The notes under the pieces were generated by a model that was not told the origin of the DNA, searched no databases, and saw nothing but the letters and a program-made list of their open reading frames with translations. 64,000 nt of DNA. It comes from the human T2T-CHM13v2.0 reference genome, Homo sapiens. The position numbers were made by a program, and so were the translations under genes. How positions within the stretch are numbered: position 1 is the first letter of the stretch; every line of letters begins with the position of its first letter. The stretch is taken from assembly GCF_009914755.1 (NCBI RefSeq), contig NC_060927.1. One strand, 5' to 3'. This document shows positions 45,960 through 63,600 of this stretch, piece after piece.

Positions 45960-48900
45960 ATGAAATATCAAAGTTCACAAACTATATATTATATACTGTA
46001 CATAAAATATCAAAGTACCCAAGGTATATATTCTATACTGTACAAAAAATATCAAAGTATCCAAAGCATGTATTATATACTGTATATAAAATATGAAAGT
46101 ACATCAAATATATATTTTATTCTGTAAATAAAATATCAAAGTACACCAGATATATATTCTATAGTGTACATAAAATATCAAAGTACCCAAACTATACATT
46201 ATATACTGTACATAAAATATGAAATTACAGCAAATATATATTATATTAGGTACATAAAATATGAAAGTACATCAAATATAGATTATATACTGTACATTAA
46301 ATACCAAAGTACCCCAAATATATATTTTATACTGTACATGAAATATCAAAGTTCACAAACTATATATTATATACTGTACATAAAATATCAATGTACCCAA
46401 GGTATATATTCTATACTGCACAAAAAATATCAAAGTACCCAGAGCATGTATTATATACTGTATATAAAATATGAAAGTACATCAAATATATATTTTATTC
46501 TGTACATAAAATATCAAAGTACACCAGATATATATTCTATAGTGTACATAAAATAACAAAGTACACAAACTATAAATTATATACTGTACATAAAATATGA
46601 AATTACATCAAATATATAGTAGGTACATAAAATATGAAAGTACATCAAATATAGATTATATACTGTACATATAATATCAATGTACCGGAAATATATATTT
46701 TATACTCTACATGAAATATCAAAGTTCACAAACCATATATTGTATACTGCACATAAAATATCAAAATACCCAAGGTATATATTCTATACTGTACAAAAAA
46801 CATCAAAGTACCCAAAGCTTGTATTATATACTGTACATAAAATATGAAAGTACATCAAATATATATTTTATTCTGTACATAAAATATCAAAGTACACCAG
46901 ATATATATTCTATAGTGTAAATAAAATATCAAAGTACCCAAACTATACATTATATACTGTACATAAAATATGAAATTACATCAAATATATATTATATTAG
47001 GTACATAAAATAAGAAAGTACATCAAATATAGATTATATACTGTACATAAAATATCAAAGTACCCCAAATATATATTATATACTCTACATGAAATATCAA
47101 AGTTCACAAACTATATATTATATACTGTACATAAAATATCAAAGTACCCAAGGTATATATTCTATACTGTACAAAAAATATCAAAGTATCCAAAGCATGT
47201 TTTATATACTGTATATAAAATATGAAAGTACATTAAAGATATATTTTATTCTGTACATAAAATATCAAAATACACCAGATATATATTCTATAGTGTACAT
47301 AAAATAACAAAGTACACAAACTATAAATTATATACTGTACATAAAATATGAAATTACATCAAATATATATTAGGTACATAAAATATGAAAGTACATCAAA
47401 TATAGATTATATACTGTACATATAATATCAATGTACCCCAAATATATATTTTATACTCTACATGAAATATCAAAGTTCACAAACCATACATTATATACTG
47501 TACATAAAATATCAAAGTACCCAAGTTATATATTCTATACTGTACAAAAGATATCAAAGTACCCAAAGCATGTATTATATACTGTATATAAAATATGAAA
47601 GTACATCAAATATATATCGTATACTGTACATAAAATATCAAAGTACACCAGATATATATTTTATAGTGTACATAAAATATCAAAGTACCCAAACTATACA
47701 TTATATACTGTACATAAAATATGAGATTACATCAAATATATATTATATTAGGTACATAAAATATGAAAGTACATCAGATATAGATTATATACTGTACATA
47801 AAATATCAAAGTACCCCAAATATATATTATATACTCTACATGAAATATGAAAGTTCACAAACTATATATTATATACTGTACATAAAATATCAAAGTACCC
47901 AAGGTATATATTCTATACTGTACAAAAAATATCAAAATACCCAAAGCATGTATTATATACTGTATATAAAATATGAAAATACATTAAATATATATTTTAT
48001 TCTGTACATAAAATATCAAAGTACACCAGATATATATTCTATAGTGTACATAAAATAACAAAGTACACAAACTATAAATTATATACTGTACATAAAATAT
48101 GAAATTACATCAAATATATATTAGGTACATAAAATATGAAAGTACATCAAATATAGATTATATACTGTACATATAATATCAATGTACCGCAAATATATAT
48201 TTTATACTCTACATGAAATATCAAAGTTCACAAACCATACATTATATACTTTCCATAAAATATCAAAGTACCCATGGCATATATTCTATACTGTACAAAA
48301 GATATCAAAGTACCCAAAGCATGTATTATATACTGTACATAAAATATGAAAGTACATCAAATATATATTTTATTCTGTACATAAAATATCAAAGTACACC
48401 AGATATATATTCTATAGTGTACATAAAATATCAAAGTACCCAAACTATATATTATATACTGTACATAAAATATGAAATTACATCAAATATGTATTATATT
48501 AGGTACATAAAATATGAAAGTACATCAAATATAGATTATATACCGTACATAAAATATCAAAGTACCCCAAATATATATTATATACTATATATGAAATATC
48601 AAATATCACAAACTATATATTATATACTGTACATAAAATATCAAAGTACCCAATGCATATATTCTATAGTGTACAAAAAATATCAAAGTACCCAAAGCAT
48701 GTATTATATACTGTACATAAAATATAAAAGTACATCAAATATATATTTTATTCTGTACATAAAATATGAAAGTACACCAGATATATATTCTATAGTGTAC
48801 ATAAAATATCAAAGTACCCAAACTATACATTATATACTGTACATAAAATATGAAATTACATCAAATATATATTATATTAGGTACTTAAAATATGAAAGTA

Positions 48901-51900
48901 CATCAAATATAGATTATATACTGTACATAAAATATCAAAGTACCCCAAATATATATTATATACTGTACATGAAATATCAAAGTTCACAACTATATATTAT
49001 ATACTGTACATAAAATATCAAAGTCCCCAAGGTATATATTCTATACTGTACAAAAAATATCAAAGTACACAAAGCATGTATTATATACTGTACATAAAAT
49101 ATGAAATTACATCAAATATATATTATATTAGGTACATAAAATATGAAAGTACATCAAATATAGATTATATACTGTACATAAAATATCAAAATACCCCAAA
49201 TATATATTATATACTGTACATGTAATATCAAAGTTCACAACTATATATTACATACTGTACATAAAATATCAAAGTACCCAAGGTATATATTCTATACTGT
49301 ACAAAAAATATCAAAGTACCCAAAGCATGTATTATATACTGTACATAAAATATGAAAGTACATCAAATATATATTTTATTCTGTACATAAAATATCAAAG
49401 TACACCAGATATATATTCTATAGTGTACATAAAATATCAAAGTACCCAAACTATACATTATATACTGTACATAAAATATGAAATTACATCAAATATATAT
49501 TATATTGGGTACATAAAATATGAAAGTACATGAAGTATAGATTATATACTGTACATAAAATATCAAAGTACCCCAAATTTATATTATATACTATACATGA
49601 AATATCAAAGTTCACAAACTATATATTATATACTGTACATAAAATATCAAAGTACCCAAGGTATATATTCTATAGTGTACAAAAAATATCAAAGTACCTA
49701 AAGCATGTATTATATACCGTACATAAAATATAAAATTACATCAAATATATATTTTATTCTGTACATAAAATATCAAAGTACACCAGATATATATTCTATA
49801 GAGTACATAAAATATCAAAGTACCCAAACTATACATTACATACTGTACATAAAATATGAAATTACATCAAATATATATTATAATAGGTACATAAAATATG
49901 AAAGTACATCAAATATAGATTATATACTGTACATTAAATACGAAAGTACTCCAAATATATATTTTGTACTGTACATGAAATATCAAAGTACCCAAGGTAT
50001 ATATTCTATACTGTACAAAAAATATCAAAGTACCCAAAGCATGTATTACAAACTGTACATAAAATATGAAAGTCCATCAAATATATATTTTATTCTGTAC
50101 ATAAAATATGAAAGTACACCAGATATATATTCTATAGTGTACATAAAATATCAAAGTACCCAAACTATACATTATATACTGTACATAAAATATGAAATTA
50201 CATCAAATATATATTATATTAGGTACATAAAATATGAAAGTACATCAAATATAGATTATATACTGTACATTAAGTACCAAAGTACCCCAAATATATATTT
50301 TATACTGTACATGAAATATCAAAGTTCACAAACTATATATTATATACTGTACATAAAATATCAAAGTACCCAAGGTATATATTCTATACTGTACAAAAAA
50401 TATCACAGTACCCAAAGCATGTATTATATACTGTACATAAAGTATGAAAGTACATCAAATATATATTTTATTCTGTACATAAAATATCGAGGTACACCAG
50501 ATATATATTCTATAGTGTACATAAAATATCAAAGTACCCAAACTATAAATTATATACTGTACATAAAATATGAAATTACATCAAATATATATTATATTAG
50601 GTACATAAAATATGAAAGTACATCAAATATAGATTATATACTCTACATTAAATACCAAAGTACCCCAAATATATATTTTATACTGTACATGAAATATCAA
50701 AGTTCACAAAGTATATATTATATACTGTACATAAAATATCAAAGTACCCAAGGTATATATTCTATACTGTACAAAAGATATCAAAGTACCCAAAGCATGT
50801 ATTATATACTGTACATAAAATATGAAAGTACATCATATATATATTTTATTCTGTACATAAAATATTAAAGTACACCAGATATATATTCTATAGTGTACAT
50901 AAAATATCAAAGTACCCAAACTATACATTATATACTGTACATAAAATATGAAATTACATCAAATATATATTAAGTACATAAAATATGAAAGTACATCAAA
51001 TATGGATTATATACTGTACATAAAATATCAATGTACACCAAATATATATTATATACTCTACATGAAATATCAAAGTTCACAAACTATATATTGTATACTG
51101 TCCATAAAATATCAAAGTACCCAAGGTATATATTCTATACTGTACAAAAAATATCAAAGTACCCAAAGCATGTATTATATACTGTACCTAAAATATGAAA
51201 GTACATCAAATATATATTTTATTCTGTACATAAAATATCAAAGTACACCAGATATATATTCTATAGTGTATATAAAATATCAAAGTACCCAAACTATACA
51301 TTATATACTGTACATAAAATATGAAATTACATCAAATATATATTATATTAGGTACATAAAATATGAAAGTACATCAAATATAGATTATATACTGTACATA
51401 AAATATCAAAGTACCCCGAATATATATTATATACTCTACATGAAATATCAAAGTTCACAAACTATATATTATATACTGTCCATCAAATATCAAAGTACCC
51501 AAGGTATATATTCTATACTGTACAAAAAATATCAAGGTACCCAAAGCATGTATTATATACTGTACATAAAATATGAAAGTACATCAAATATATATTTTAT
51601 TCTGTACATAAAATATCAAAGTACACCAGATATATATTCTACAGTGTATATAAAATATCAAAGTACCCAAACTATACATTATATACTGTACATAAAATAT
51701 GAAATTACATCAAATATATATTATATTAGGTACATAAAATATGAAAGTACATGAAGTATAGATTATATACTGTACATAAAATATCAAAGTACCCCAAATT
51801 TATATTATATACTATACATGAAATATCAAAGTTCACAAACTATATATTATATACTGTACATAAAATATCAAAGTACCCAAGGTATATATTCTATAGTGTA

Positions 51901-53859
51901 CAAAAAATATCAAAGTACCCAAAGCATGTATTATATACCGTACGTAAAATATAAAATTACATCAAATATATATTTTATTCTGTACATAAAATATCAAAGT
52001 ACACCAGATATATATACTATAGTGTACATAAAATATCAAAGTACCCAAACTATACATTATACACTGCACATAAAATATGAAATTACATCAAATATATATT
52101 AGGTACATAAAATATGAAAGTACATCAAATATAGATTATATACTGTAAATATAATATCAATGTACCCCAAATATATATTTTATACTCTACATGAAATATC
52201 AAAGTTCACAAACCATATATTATATACTGTACATAAAATATCAAAGTACCCAAGGTATATATTCTATACTGTACAAAAAATATCAAAGTACCCAAAGCAT
52301 GTATTATATACTGTACATAAAATATGAAAGTACATCAAATATATATTTTATTCTGTACATAAAATATCAAAGTACACCAGATATATATTCTATAGTGTAC
52401 ATAAAATATCAAAGTACCCAAACTATACATTATATACTGTACATAAAATATGAAATTACATCAAATATATATTATATTAGGTACATGAAATTTGAAAGTA
52501 CATCAAATATAGATTATATACTGTACATAAAATATGAAAGTACCCCAAATATATATTATATACTCTACATGAAATATCAAAGTTCACAAACTATATATTA
52601 TATACTGTACATAAAATATCAAAGTACCCAAGGTATATATTCTATACTGTACAAAAAATATCAAAGTATCCAAAGCATGTATTATATACTGTATATAAAA
52701 TATGAAAGTACATCAAATATATATTTTATTCTGTACATAAAATATCAAAGTACACCAGATATATATTCTATAGTGTACATAAAATATCAAAGTACCCAAA
52801 CTATACATTATATACTGTACATAAAATATGAAATTACAGCAAATATATATTATATTAGGTACATAAAATATGAAAGTACATCAAATATAGATTATATACT
52901 GTACATTAAATACCAAAGTACCCCAAATATATATTTTATACTGTACATGAAATATCAAAGTTCACAAACTATATATTATATACTGTACATAAAATATCAA
53001 TGTACCCAAGGTATATATTGTATACTGCACAAAAAATATCAAAGTACCCAAAGCATGTATTATATACTGTATATAAAATATGAAAGTACATCAAATATAT
53101 ATTTTATTCTGTACATAAAATATCAAAGTACACCAGATATATATTCTATAGTGTACATAAAACATCAAAGTACCCAAACTATACATTATATACTGTACAT
53201 AAAATATGAAATTACATCAAATATATATTATATTAGGTACATAAAATACGAAAGTACATCAAATATAGATTATATACTGTACATAAAATATCAAAGTACC
53301 CCAATATATATTATATACTCTACATGAAATATCAAAGTTCACAAACTATATATTATGTACTGTACATAAAATATCAAAGTACCCAAGGTATATATTCTAT
53401 ACTGTACAAAAAATATCAAAGTACCCAAAGCATGTATTATATAATGTACATAAAATATGAAAGTACATCAAATATATATTTTATTCTGTACATAAAATAT
53501 CAAAGAACACCAGATATATATTCTATAGTGTACATAAAATATCAAAGTACCCAAACTATACATTATATACTGTACATAAAATATGAAATTACATCATATA
53601 TATATTAGGTACATAAAATATGAAAGTACATCAAATATATATTTTATTCTGTACATAAAATATCAAAGTACACCAGATATATATTCTATAGTGTACATAA
53701 AATAACAAAGTACACAAACTATAAATTATATACTGTACATAAAATATGAAATTACATCAAATATATATTAGGTACATAAAATATGAAAGTACATCAAATA
53801 TAGATTATATACTGTACATATAATATCAATGTACCCGAAATATATATTTTATACTCTAC

Positions 53860-56800
53860 ATGAAATATCAAAGTTCACAAACCATATATTGTATACTGCA
53901 CATAAAATATCAAAATACACAAGGTATATATTCTATACTGTACAAAAAATATCAAAGTACCCAAAGCAGGTATTATATACTGTATATAAAATATGAAAGT
54001 ACATCAAATATATATTTTATTCTGTACATAAAATATCAAAGTACCCCAGATATATATTCTATAGTGTACATAAAATATCAAGGTACCCAAACTATATATT
54101 ATATACTGTACATAAAATATGAAATTACAGCAAATATATATTATATTAGGTACATAAAATATGAAAGTACATCAAATATAGATTATATACTGTACATTAA
54201 ATACCAAAGTACCCCAAATATATATTTTATACTGTACATGAAATATCAAAGTTCACAAACTATATATTATATACTGTACATAAAATATCAATGTACCCAA
54301 GGTATATATTCTATACTGCACAAAAAATATCAAAGTACCCAAAGCATGTATTATATACTGTATATAAAATATGAAAGTACATCAAATATATATTTTATTC
54401 TGTACATAAAATATCAAAGTACACCAGATATATATTCTATAGTGTACATAAAATATCAAAGTACCCAAACTATACATTATATACTGTACATAAATATGAA
54501 ATTACATCAAATATATATTATATTAGGTACATAAAATATGAAAGTACATGAAGTATAGATTATATACTGTAGATAAAATATCAAAGTACCACAAATTTAT
54601 ATTATATACTATACATGAAATATCAAAGTTCACAAACTATATATTATATACTGTACATAAAATATCAAAGTACCCAAGGTATATATTCTATAGTGTACAA
54701 AAAATATCAAAGTACCCAAAGCATGTATTATATACCGTACATAAAATATAAAATTACATCAAATATATATTTTATTCTGTACATAAAATATCAAAGTACA
54801 CCAGATATATATACTATAGTGTACATAAAATATCAAAGTACCCAAACTATACATTATACACTGTACATAAAATATGAAATTACATCAAATATATATTAGG
54901 TACATAAAATATGAAAGTACATCAAATATAGATTATATACTGTAAATATAATATCAATGTACCCCAAATATATATTTTATACTCTACATGAAATATCAAA
55001 GTTCAAAAACCATATATTATATACTGTACATAAAATATCAAAGTACCCAAGGTATATATTCTATACTGTGCAAAAAATATCAAAGTACCCAAAGCATGTA
55101 TTATATACTGTATATAAAATATGAAAGTACATCAAATATATATTTTATTCTGTACATAAAATGTCAAAGTACACCAGATATATGTTCTATAGTGTACATA
55201 AAATATCAAAGTACCCAAACTATACATTATATACTGTACATAAAATATGAAATTACATCAAATATATATTAAGTACATAAAATATGAAAGTACATCAAAT
55301 ATAGATTATATAGTGTACATAAAATATCAATGTACACCAAATATATATTATACACTCTACATGAAATATCAAAGTTCACAAACTATATATTATATACTGT
55401 CCATAAAATATCAAAGTACCCAAGGTATATATTTTATACTGTACAAAAAATATCAAAGTACCCAAAGCATGTATTATATACTATACCTAAAATATGAAAG
55501 TACATCAAATATATATTTTATTCTGTACATAAAATATCAAAGTACACCAGATATATATTCTACAGTGTATATAAAATATCAAAGTACCCAAACTATACAT
55601 TATATACTGTACATAAAATATGAAATTACATCAAATATATATTATATTAGGTACATAAAATATGAAAGTACATGAAGTATAGATTATATACTGTACATAA
55701 AATATCAAAGTACCCCAAATTTATATTATATACTATACATGAAATATCAAAGTTCACAAACTATATATTATATACTGTACATAAAATATCAAAGTACCCA
55801 AGGTATATATTCTATAGTGTACAAAAAATATCAAAGTACCCAAAGCATGTATTATATACCGTACGTAAAATATAAAATTACATCAAATATATATTTTATT
55901 CTGTACATAAAATATCAAAGTACACCAGATATATATACTATAGTGTACATAAAATATCAAAGTACCCAAACTATACATTATACACTGCACATAAAATATG
56001 AAATTACATCAAATATATATTAGGTACATAAAATATGAAAGTACATCAAATATAGATTATATACTGTAAATATAATATCAATGTACCCCAAATATATATT
56101 TTATACTCTACATGAAATATCAAAGTTCACAAACCATATATTATATACTGTACATAAAATATCAAAGTACCCAAGGTATATATTCTATACTGTACAAAAA
56201 ATATCAAAGTACCCAAAGCATGTATTATATACTGTACATAAAATATGAAAGTACATCAAATATATATTTTATTCTGTACATAAAATATCAAAGTACACCA
56301 GATATATATTCTATAGTGTACATAAAATAACAAACTACACAAACTATAAATTATATCCTGTACATAAAATATGAAATTACATCAAATATATATTAGGTAC
56401 ATAAAATATGAAAGTACATCAAATATAGATTATATACTGTACATTAAGTACCAAAGTACACCAAATATATATTTTATTCTGTACATAAAATATCAAAGTA
56501 CACCAGATATATATTCTATAGTGTACATAAAATATCAAAGTACCCAAACTATACATTATATACTGTACATAAAATATGAAATTACAGCAAATATATATTA
56601 TATTAGGTAAATGAAATATGAAAGTACATCAAATATAGATTATATACTGTACATAAAATATGAAAGTACCCCAAATATATATTATATACTCTACATGAAA
56701 TATCAAAGTTCACAAACTATATATTATATACTGTACATAAAATATCAAAGTACCCAAGGTATATATTCTATACTGTACAAAAAATATCAAAGTATCCAAA

Positions 56801-59800
56801 GCATGTATTATATACTGTATATAAAATATGAAAGTACATCAAATATATATTTTATTCTGTACATAAAATATCAAAGTACACCAGATATATATTCTATAGT
56901 GTACATAAAATATCAAAGTACCCAAACTATACATTATATACTGTACATAAAATATGAAATTACAGCAAATATATATTATATTAGGTACATAAAATATGAA
57001 AGTACATCAAATATAGATTATATACTCTACATTAAATACCAAAGTACCCCAAATATATATTTTATACTGTACATGAAATATCAAAGTTCACAAACTATAT
57101 ATTATATACTGTACATAAAATATCAATGTACCCAAGGTATATATTCTATACTGCACAAAAAATATCAAAGTACCCAAAGCATGTATTATATACTGTATAT
57201 AAAATATGAAAGTACATCAAATATATATTTTATTCTGTACATAAAATATCAAAGTACACCAGATATATATTCTATAGTGTACATAAAATATCAAAGTACC
57301 CAAACTATACATTATATACTGTACATAAAATATGAAATTACAGCAAATATATATTATATTAGGTACATAAAATACGAAAGTACATCAAATATAGATTATA
57401 TACTGTACATAAAATATGAAAGTACCCCAATATATATTATATACTCTACATGAAATATCAAAGTTTACAAACTATATATTATGTACTGTACATAAAATAT
57501 CAAACTACCCAAGGTATATATTCTATACTGTACAAAAAATATCAAAGTACCCAAAGCATGTATTATATAATGTACATAAAATATGAAAGTACATCAAATA
57601 TATATTTTATTCTGTACATAAAATATCAAAGAACACCAGATATATATTCTATAGTGTACATAAAATATCAAAGTACCCAAACTATACATTATATACTGTA
57701 CATAAAATATGAAATTACATCAAATATATATTATATTAGGTACATAAAATATGAAAGTACATCAAATATAGATTATATACTGTAAATATAATATCAATGT
57801 ACCCCAAATATATATTTTATACTCTACATGAAATATCAAAGTTCACAAACCATATATTATATACTGTACATAAAATATCAAAGTACCCAAGGTATATATT
57901 CTATACTGTACAAAAAATATCAAAGTACCCAAAGCATGTATTATATACTATACCTAAAATATGAAAGTACATCAAATATATATTTTATTCTGTACATAAA
58001 ATATCAAAGTACACCAGATATATATTCTACAGTGTACATAAAATATCAAAGTACCCAAACTATACATTATATACTGTACATAAAATATGAAATTACATCA
58101 AATATATATTATATTAGGTACATAAAATACGAAAGTACATCAAATATAGATTATATACTGTACATAAAATATCAAAGTACCCCAATATATATTATATACT
58201 GTACATGAAATATCAAAGTTCACAAACTATATATTATGTACTGTACATAAAATATCAAAGTACCCAAGGTATATATTCTATACTGTACAAAAAATATCAA
58301 AGTACCCAAAGCATGTATTATATAATGTACATAAAACATGAAAGTACATCAAATATATATTTTATTCTGTACATAAAATATGAAAGTACACCAGATATAT
58401 ATTCTATAGCGTACATAAAATATCAAAGTACACAAACTATACATTATATACTGTACATAAAATATGAAATTACATCAAATATATATTATATTAGGTAAAT
58501 GAAATATGAAAGTACATCAAATATAGATTATATACTGTACATAAAATATGAAAGTACCCCAAATATATATTATATACTCTACATGAAATATCAAAGTTCA
58601 CAAACTATATATTATATACTGTACATAAAATATCAAAGTACCCAAGGTATATATTCTATACTGTACAAAAAATATCAAAGTATCCAAAGCATGTATTATA
58701 TACTGTATATAAAATATGAAAGTACATCAAATATATATTTTATTCTGTACATAAAATATCAAAGTACACCAGATATATATTCTATAGCGTACATAAAATA
58801 TCAAAGTACACAAACTATACATTATATACTGTACATAAAATATGAAATTACATCAAATATATATTATATTAGGTACATAAAATATGAAAGTACATCAAAT
58901 ATAGATTATATACTGTAAATATAATATCAATGTACCCCAAATATATATTTTATACTCTACATGAAATATCAAAGTTCACAAACCATATATTATATACTGT
59001 ACATAAAATATCAAAGTACCCAAGGTATATATTCTATACTGTACAAAAAATATCAAAGTACCCAAAGCATGTATTATATACTGTACATAAAATATGAAAG
59101 TACATCAAATATATATTTTATTCTGTACATAAAATATCAAAGTACACCAGATATATATTCTATAGTGTACATAAAATTTCAAAGTACCCAAACTATACAT
59201 TATATACTGTACATAAAATATGAAATTACATCAAATATATATTATATTAGGTAAATGAAATATGAAAGTACATCAAATATAGATTATATACTGTACATAA
59301 AATATGAAAGTACCCCAAATATATATTATATACTCTACATGAAATATCAAAGTTCACAAACTATATATTATATACTGTACATAAAATATCAAAGTACCCA
59401 AGGTATATATTCTATACTGTACAAAAAATATCAAAGTATCCAAAGCATGTATTATATACTGTATATAAAATATGAAAGTACATCAAATATATATTTTATT
59501 CTGTACATAAAATATCAAAGTACACCAGATATATATTCTATAGTGTACATAAAATATCAAAGTACCCAAACTATACATTATATACTGTACATAAAATATG
59601 AAATTACAGCAAATATATATTATATTAGGTACATAAAATATGAAAGTACATCAAATATAGATTATATACTGTACATTAAATACCAAAGTACCCCAAATAT
59701 ATATTTTATACTGTACATGAAATATCAAAGTTCACAAACTATATATTATATACTGTACATAAAGTATCAATGTACCCAAGGTATATATTCTATACTGCAC

Positions 59801-60629
59801 AAAAAATATCAAAGTACCCAAAGCATGTATTATATACTGTATATAAAATATGAAAGTACATCAAATATATATTTTATTCTGTACATAAAATATCAAAGTA
59901 CACCAGATATATATTCTATAGTGTACATAAAATATCAAAGTACCCAAACTATACATTATATACTGTACATAAAATATGAAATTACATCAAATATATATTA
60001 TATTAGGTACATAAAATACGAAAGTACATCAAATATAGATTATATACTGTACATAAAATATGAAAGTACCCCAATAAATATTATATACTCTACATGAAAT
60101 ATCAAAGTTCACAAACTATATATTATGTACTGTACATAAAATATCAAACTACCCAAGGTATATATTCTATACTGTACAAAAAATATCAAAGTACCCAAAG
60201 CATGTATTATATAATGTACATAAAATATGAAAGTACATCAAATATATATTTTATTCTGTACATAAAATATCAAAGAACACCAGATATATATTCTATAGTG
60301 TACATAAAATATCAAAGTACCCAAACTATACATTATATACTGTACATAAAATATGAAATTACATCATATATATATTAGGTACATAAAATATGAAAGTACA
60401 TCAAATATATATTTTATTCTGTACATAAAATATCAAAGTACACCAGATATATATTCTATAGTGTACATAAAATAACAAAGTACACAAACTATAAATTATA
60501 TACTGTACATAAAATATGAAATTACATCAAATATATATTAGGTACATAAAATATGAAAGTACATCAAATATAGATTATATACTGTACATATAATATCAAT
60601 GTACCCGAAATATATATTTTATACTCTAC
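53860..60629 (+). repeat. Third-level repeat, copy E (6,770 bp)
   Basis: Marker units at 53860 and 60630. Same unit order as copy A at offset 41669 (56611 vs 14942; 58499 vs 16830). Confidence 0.9.
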
Positions 60630-63600
60630 ATGAAATATCAAAGTTCACAAACCATATATTGTATACTGCACATAAAATATCAAAATACCCAAGGTATATA
60701 TTCTATACTGTACAAAAAATATCAAAGTACCCAAAGCAGGTATTATATACTGTATATAAAATATGAAAGTACATCAAATATATATTTTATTCTGTACATA
60801 AAATATCAAAGTACACCAGATATATATTCTATAGTGTACATAAAATATCAAGGTACCCAAACTATATATTATATACTGTACATAAAATATGAAATTACAG
60901 CAAATATATATTATATTAGGTACATAAAATATGAAAGTACATCAAATATAGATTATATACTGTACATTAAATACCAAAGTACCCCAAATTTATATTATAT
61001 ACTATACATGAAATATCAAAGTTCACAAACTATATATTATATACTGTACATAAAATATCAAAGTACCCAAGGTATATATTCTATAGTGTACAAAAAATAT
61101 CAAAGTACCCAAAGCATGTATTATATACCGTACATAAAATATAAAATTACATCAAATATATATTTTATTCTGTACATAAAATATCAAAGTACACCAGATA
61201 TATATACTATAGTGTACATAAAATATCAAAGTACCCAAACTATACATTATACACTGTACATAAAATATGAAATTACATCAAATATATATTAGGTACATAA
61301 AATATGAAAGTACATCAAATATAGATTATATACTGTAAATATAATATCAATGTACCCCAAATATATATTTTATACTCTACATGAAATATCAAAGTTCACA
61401 AACCATATATTATATACTGTACATAAAATATCAAAGTACCCAAGGTATATATTCTATACTGTGCAAAAAATATCAAAGTACCCAAAGCATGTATTATATA
61501 CTGTATATAAAATATGAAAGTACATCAAATATATATTTTATTCTGTACATAAAATGTCAAAGTACACCAGATATATATTCTATAGTGTACATAAAATATC
61601 AAAGTACCCAAACTATACATTATATACTGTACATAAAATATGAAATTACATCAAATATATATTAAGTACATAAAATATGAAAGTACATCAAATATAGATT
61701 ATATAGTGTACATAAAATATCAATGTACACCAAATATATATTATATACTCTACATGAAATATCAAAGTTCACAAACTATATATTATATACTGTCCATAAA
61801 ATATCAAAGTACCCAAGGTATATATTTTATACTGTACAAAAAATATCAAAGTACCCAAAGCATGTATTATATACTATACCTAAAATATGAAAGTACATCA
61901 AATATATATTTTATTCTGTACATAAAATATCAAAGTACACCAGATATATATTCTACAGTGTATATAAAATATCAAAGTACCCAAACTATACATTATATAC
62001 TGTACATAAAATATGAAATTACATCAAATATATATTATATTAGGTACATAAAATATGAAAGTACATGAAGTATAGATTATATACTGTACATAAAATATCA
62101 AAGTACCCCAAATTTATATTATATACTATACATGAAATATCAAAGTTCACAAACTATATATTATATACTGTACATAAAATATCAAAGTACCCAAGGTATA
62201 TATTCTATAGTGTACAAAAAATATCAAAGTACCCAAAGCATGTATTATATACCGTATGTAAAATATAAAATTACATCAAATATATATTTTATTCTGTACA
62301 TAAAATATCAAAGTACACCAGATATATATACTATAGTGTACATAAAATAACAAAGTACCCAAACTATACATTATACACTGCACATAAAATATGAAATTAC
62401 ATCAAATATATATTAGGTACATAAAATATGAAAGTACATCAAATATAGATTATATACTGTAAATATAATATCAATGTACCCCAAATATATATTTTATACT
62501 CTACATGAAATATCAAAGTTCACAAACCATATATTATATACTGTACATAAAATATCAAAGTACCCAAGGTATATATTCTATACTGTACAAAAAATATCAA
62601 AGTACCCAAAGCATGTATTATATACTGTACATAAAATATGAAAGTACATCAAATATATATTTTATTCTGTACATAAAATATCAAAGTACACCAGATATAT
62701 ATTCTATAGTGTACATAAAATAACAAAGTACACAAACTATAAATTATATCCTGTACATAAAATATGAAATTACATCAAATATATATTAGGTACATAAAAT
62801 ATGAAAGTACATCAAATATAGATTATATACTGTACATTAAGTACCAAAGTACACCAAATATATATTTTATTCTGTACATAAAATATCAAAGTACACCAGA
62901 TATATATTCTATAGTGTACATAAAATATCAAAGTACCCAAACTATACATTATATACTGTACATAAAATATGAAATTACAGCAAATATATATTATATTAGG
63001 TAAATGAAATATGAAAGTACATCAAATATAGATTATATACTGTACATAAAATATGAAAGTACCCCAAATATATATTATATACTCTACATGAAATATCAAA
63101 GTTCACAAACTATATATTATATACTGTACATAAAATATCAAAGTACCCAAGGTATATATTCTATACTGTACAAAAAATATCAAAGTATCCAAAGCATGTA
63201 TTATATACTGTATATAAAATATGAAAGTACATCAAATATATATTTTATTCTGTACATAAAATATCAAAGTACACCAGATATATATTCTATAGTGTACATA
63301 AAATATCAAAGTACCCAAACTATACATTATATACTGTACATAAAATATGAAATTACAGCAAATATATATTATATTAGGTACATAAAATATGAAAGTACAT
63401 CAAATATAGATTATATACTGTACATTAAATACCAAAGTACCCCAAATATATATTTTATACTGTACATGAAATATCAAAGTTCACAAATTATATATTATAT
63501 ACTGTACATAAAATATCAATGTACCCAAGGTATATATTCTATACTGCACAAAAAATATCAAAGTACCCAAAGCATGTATTATATACTGTATATAAAATAT

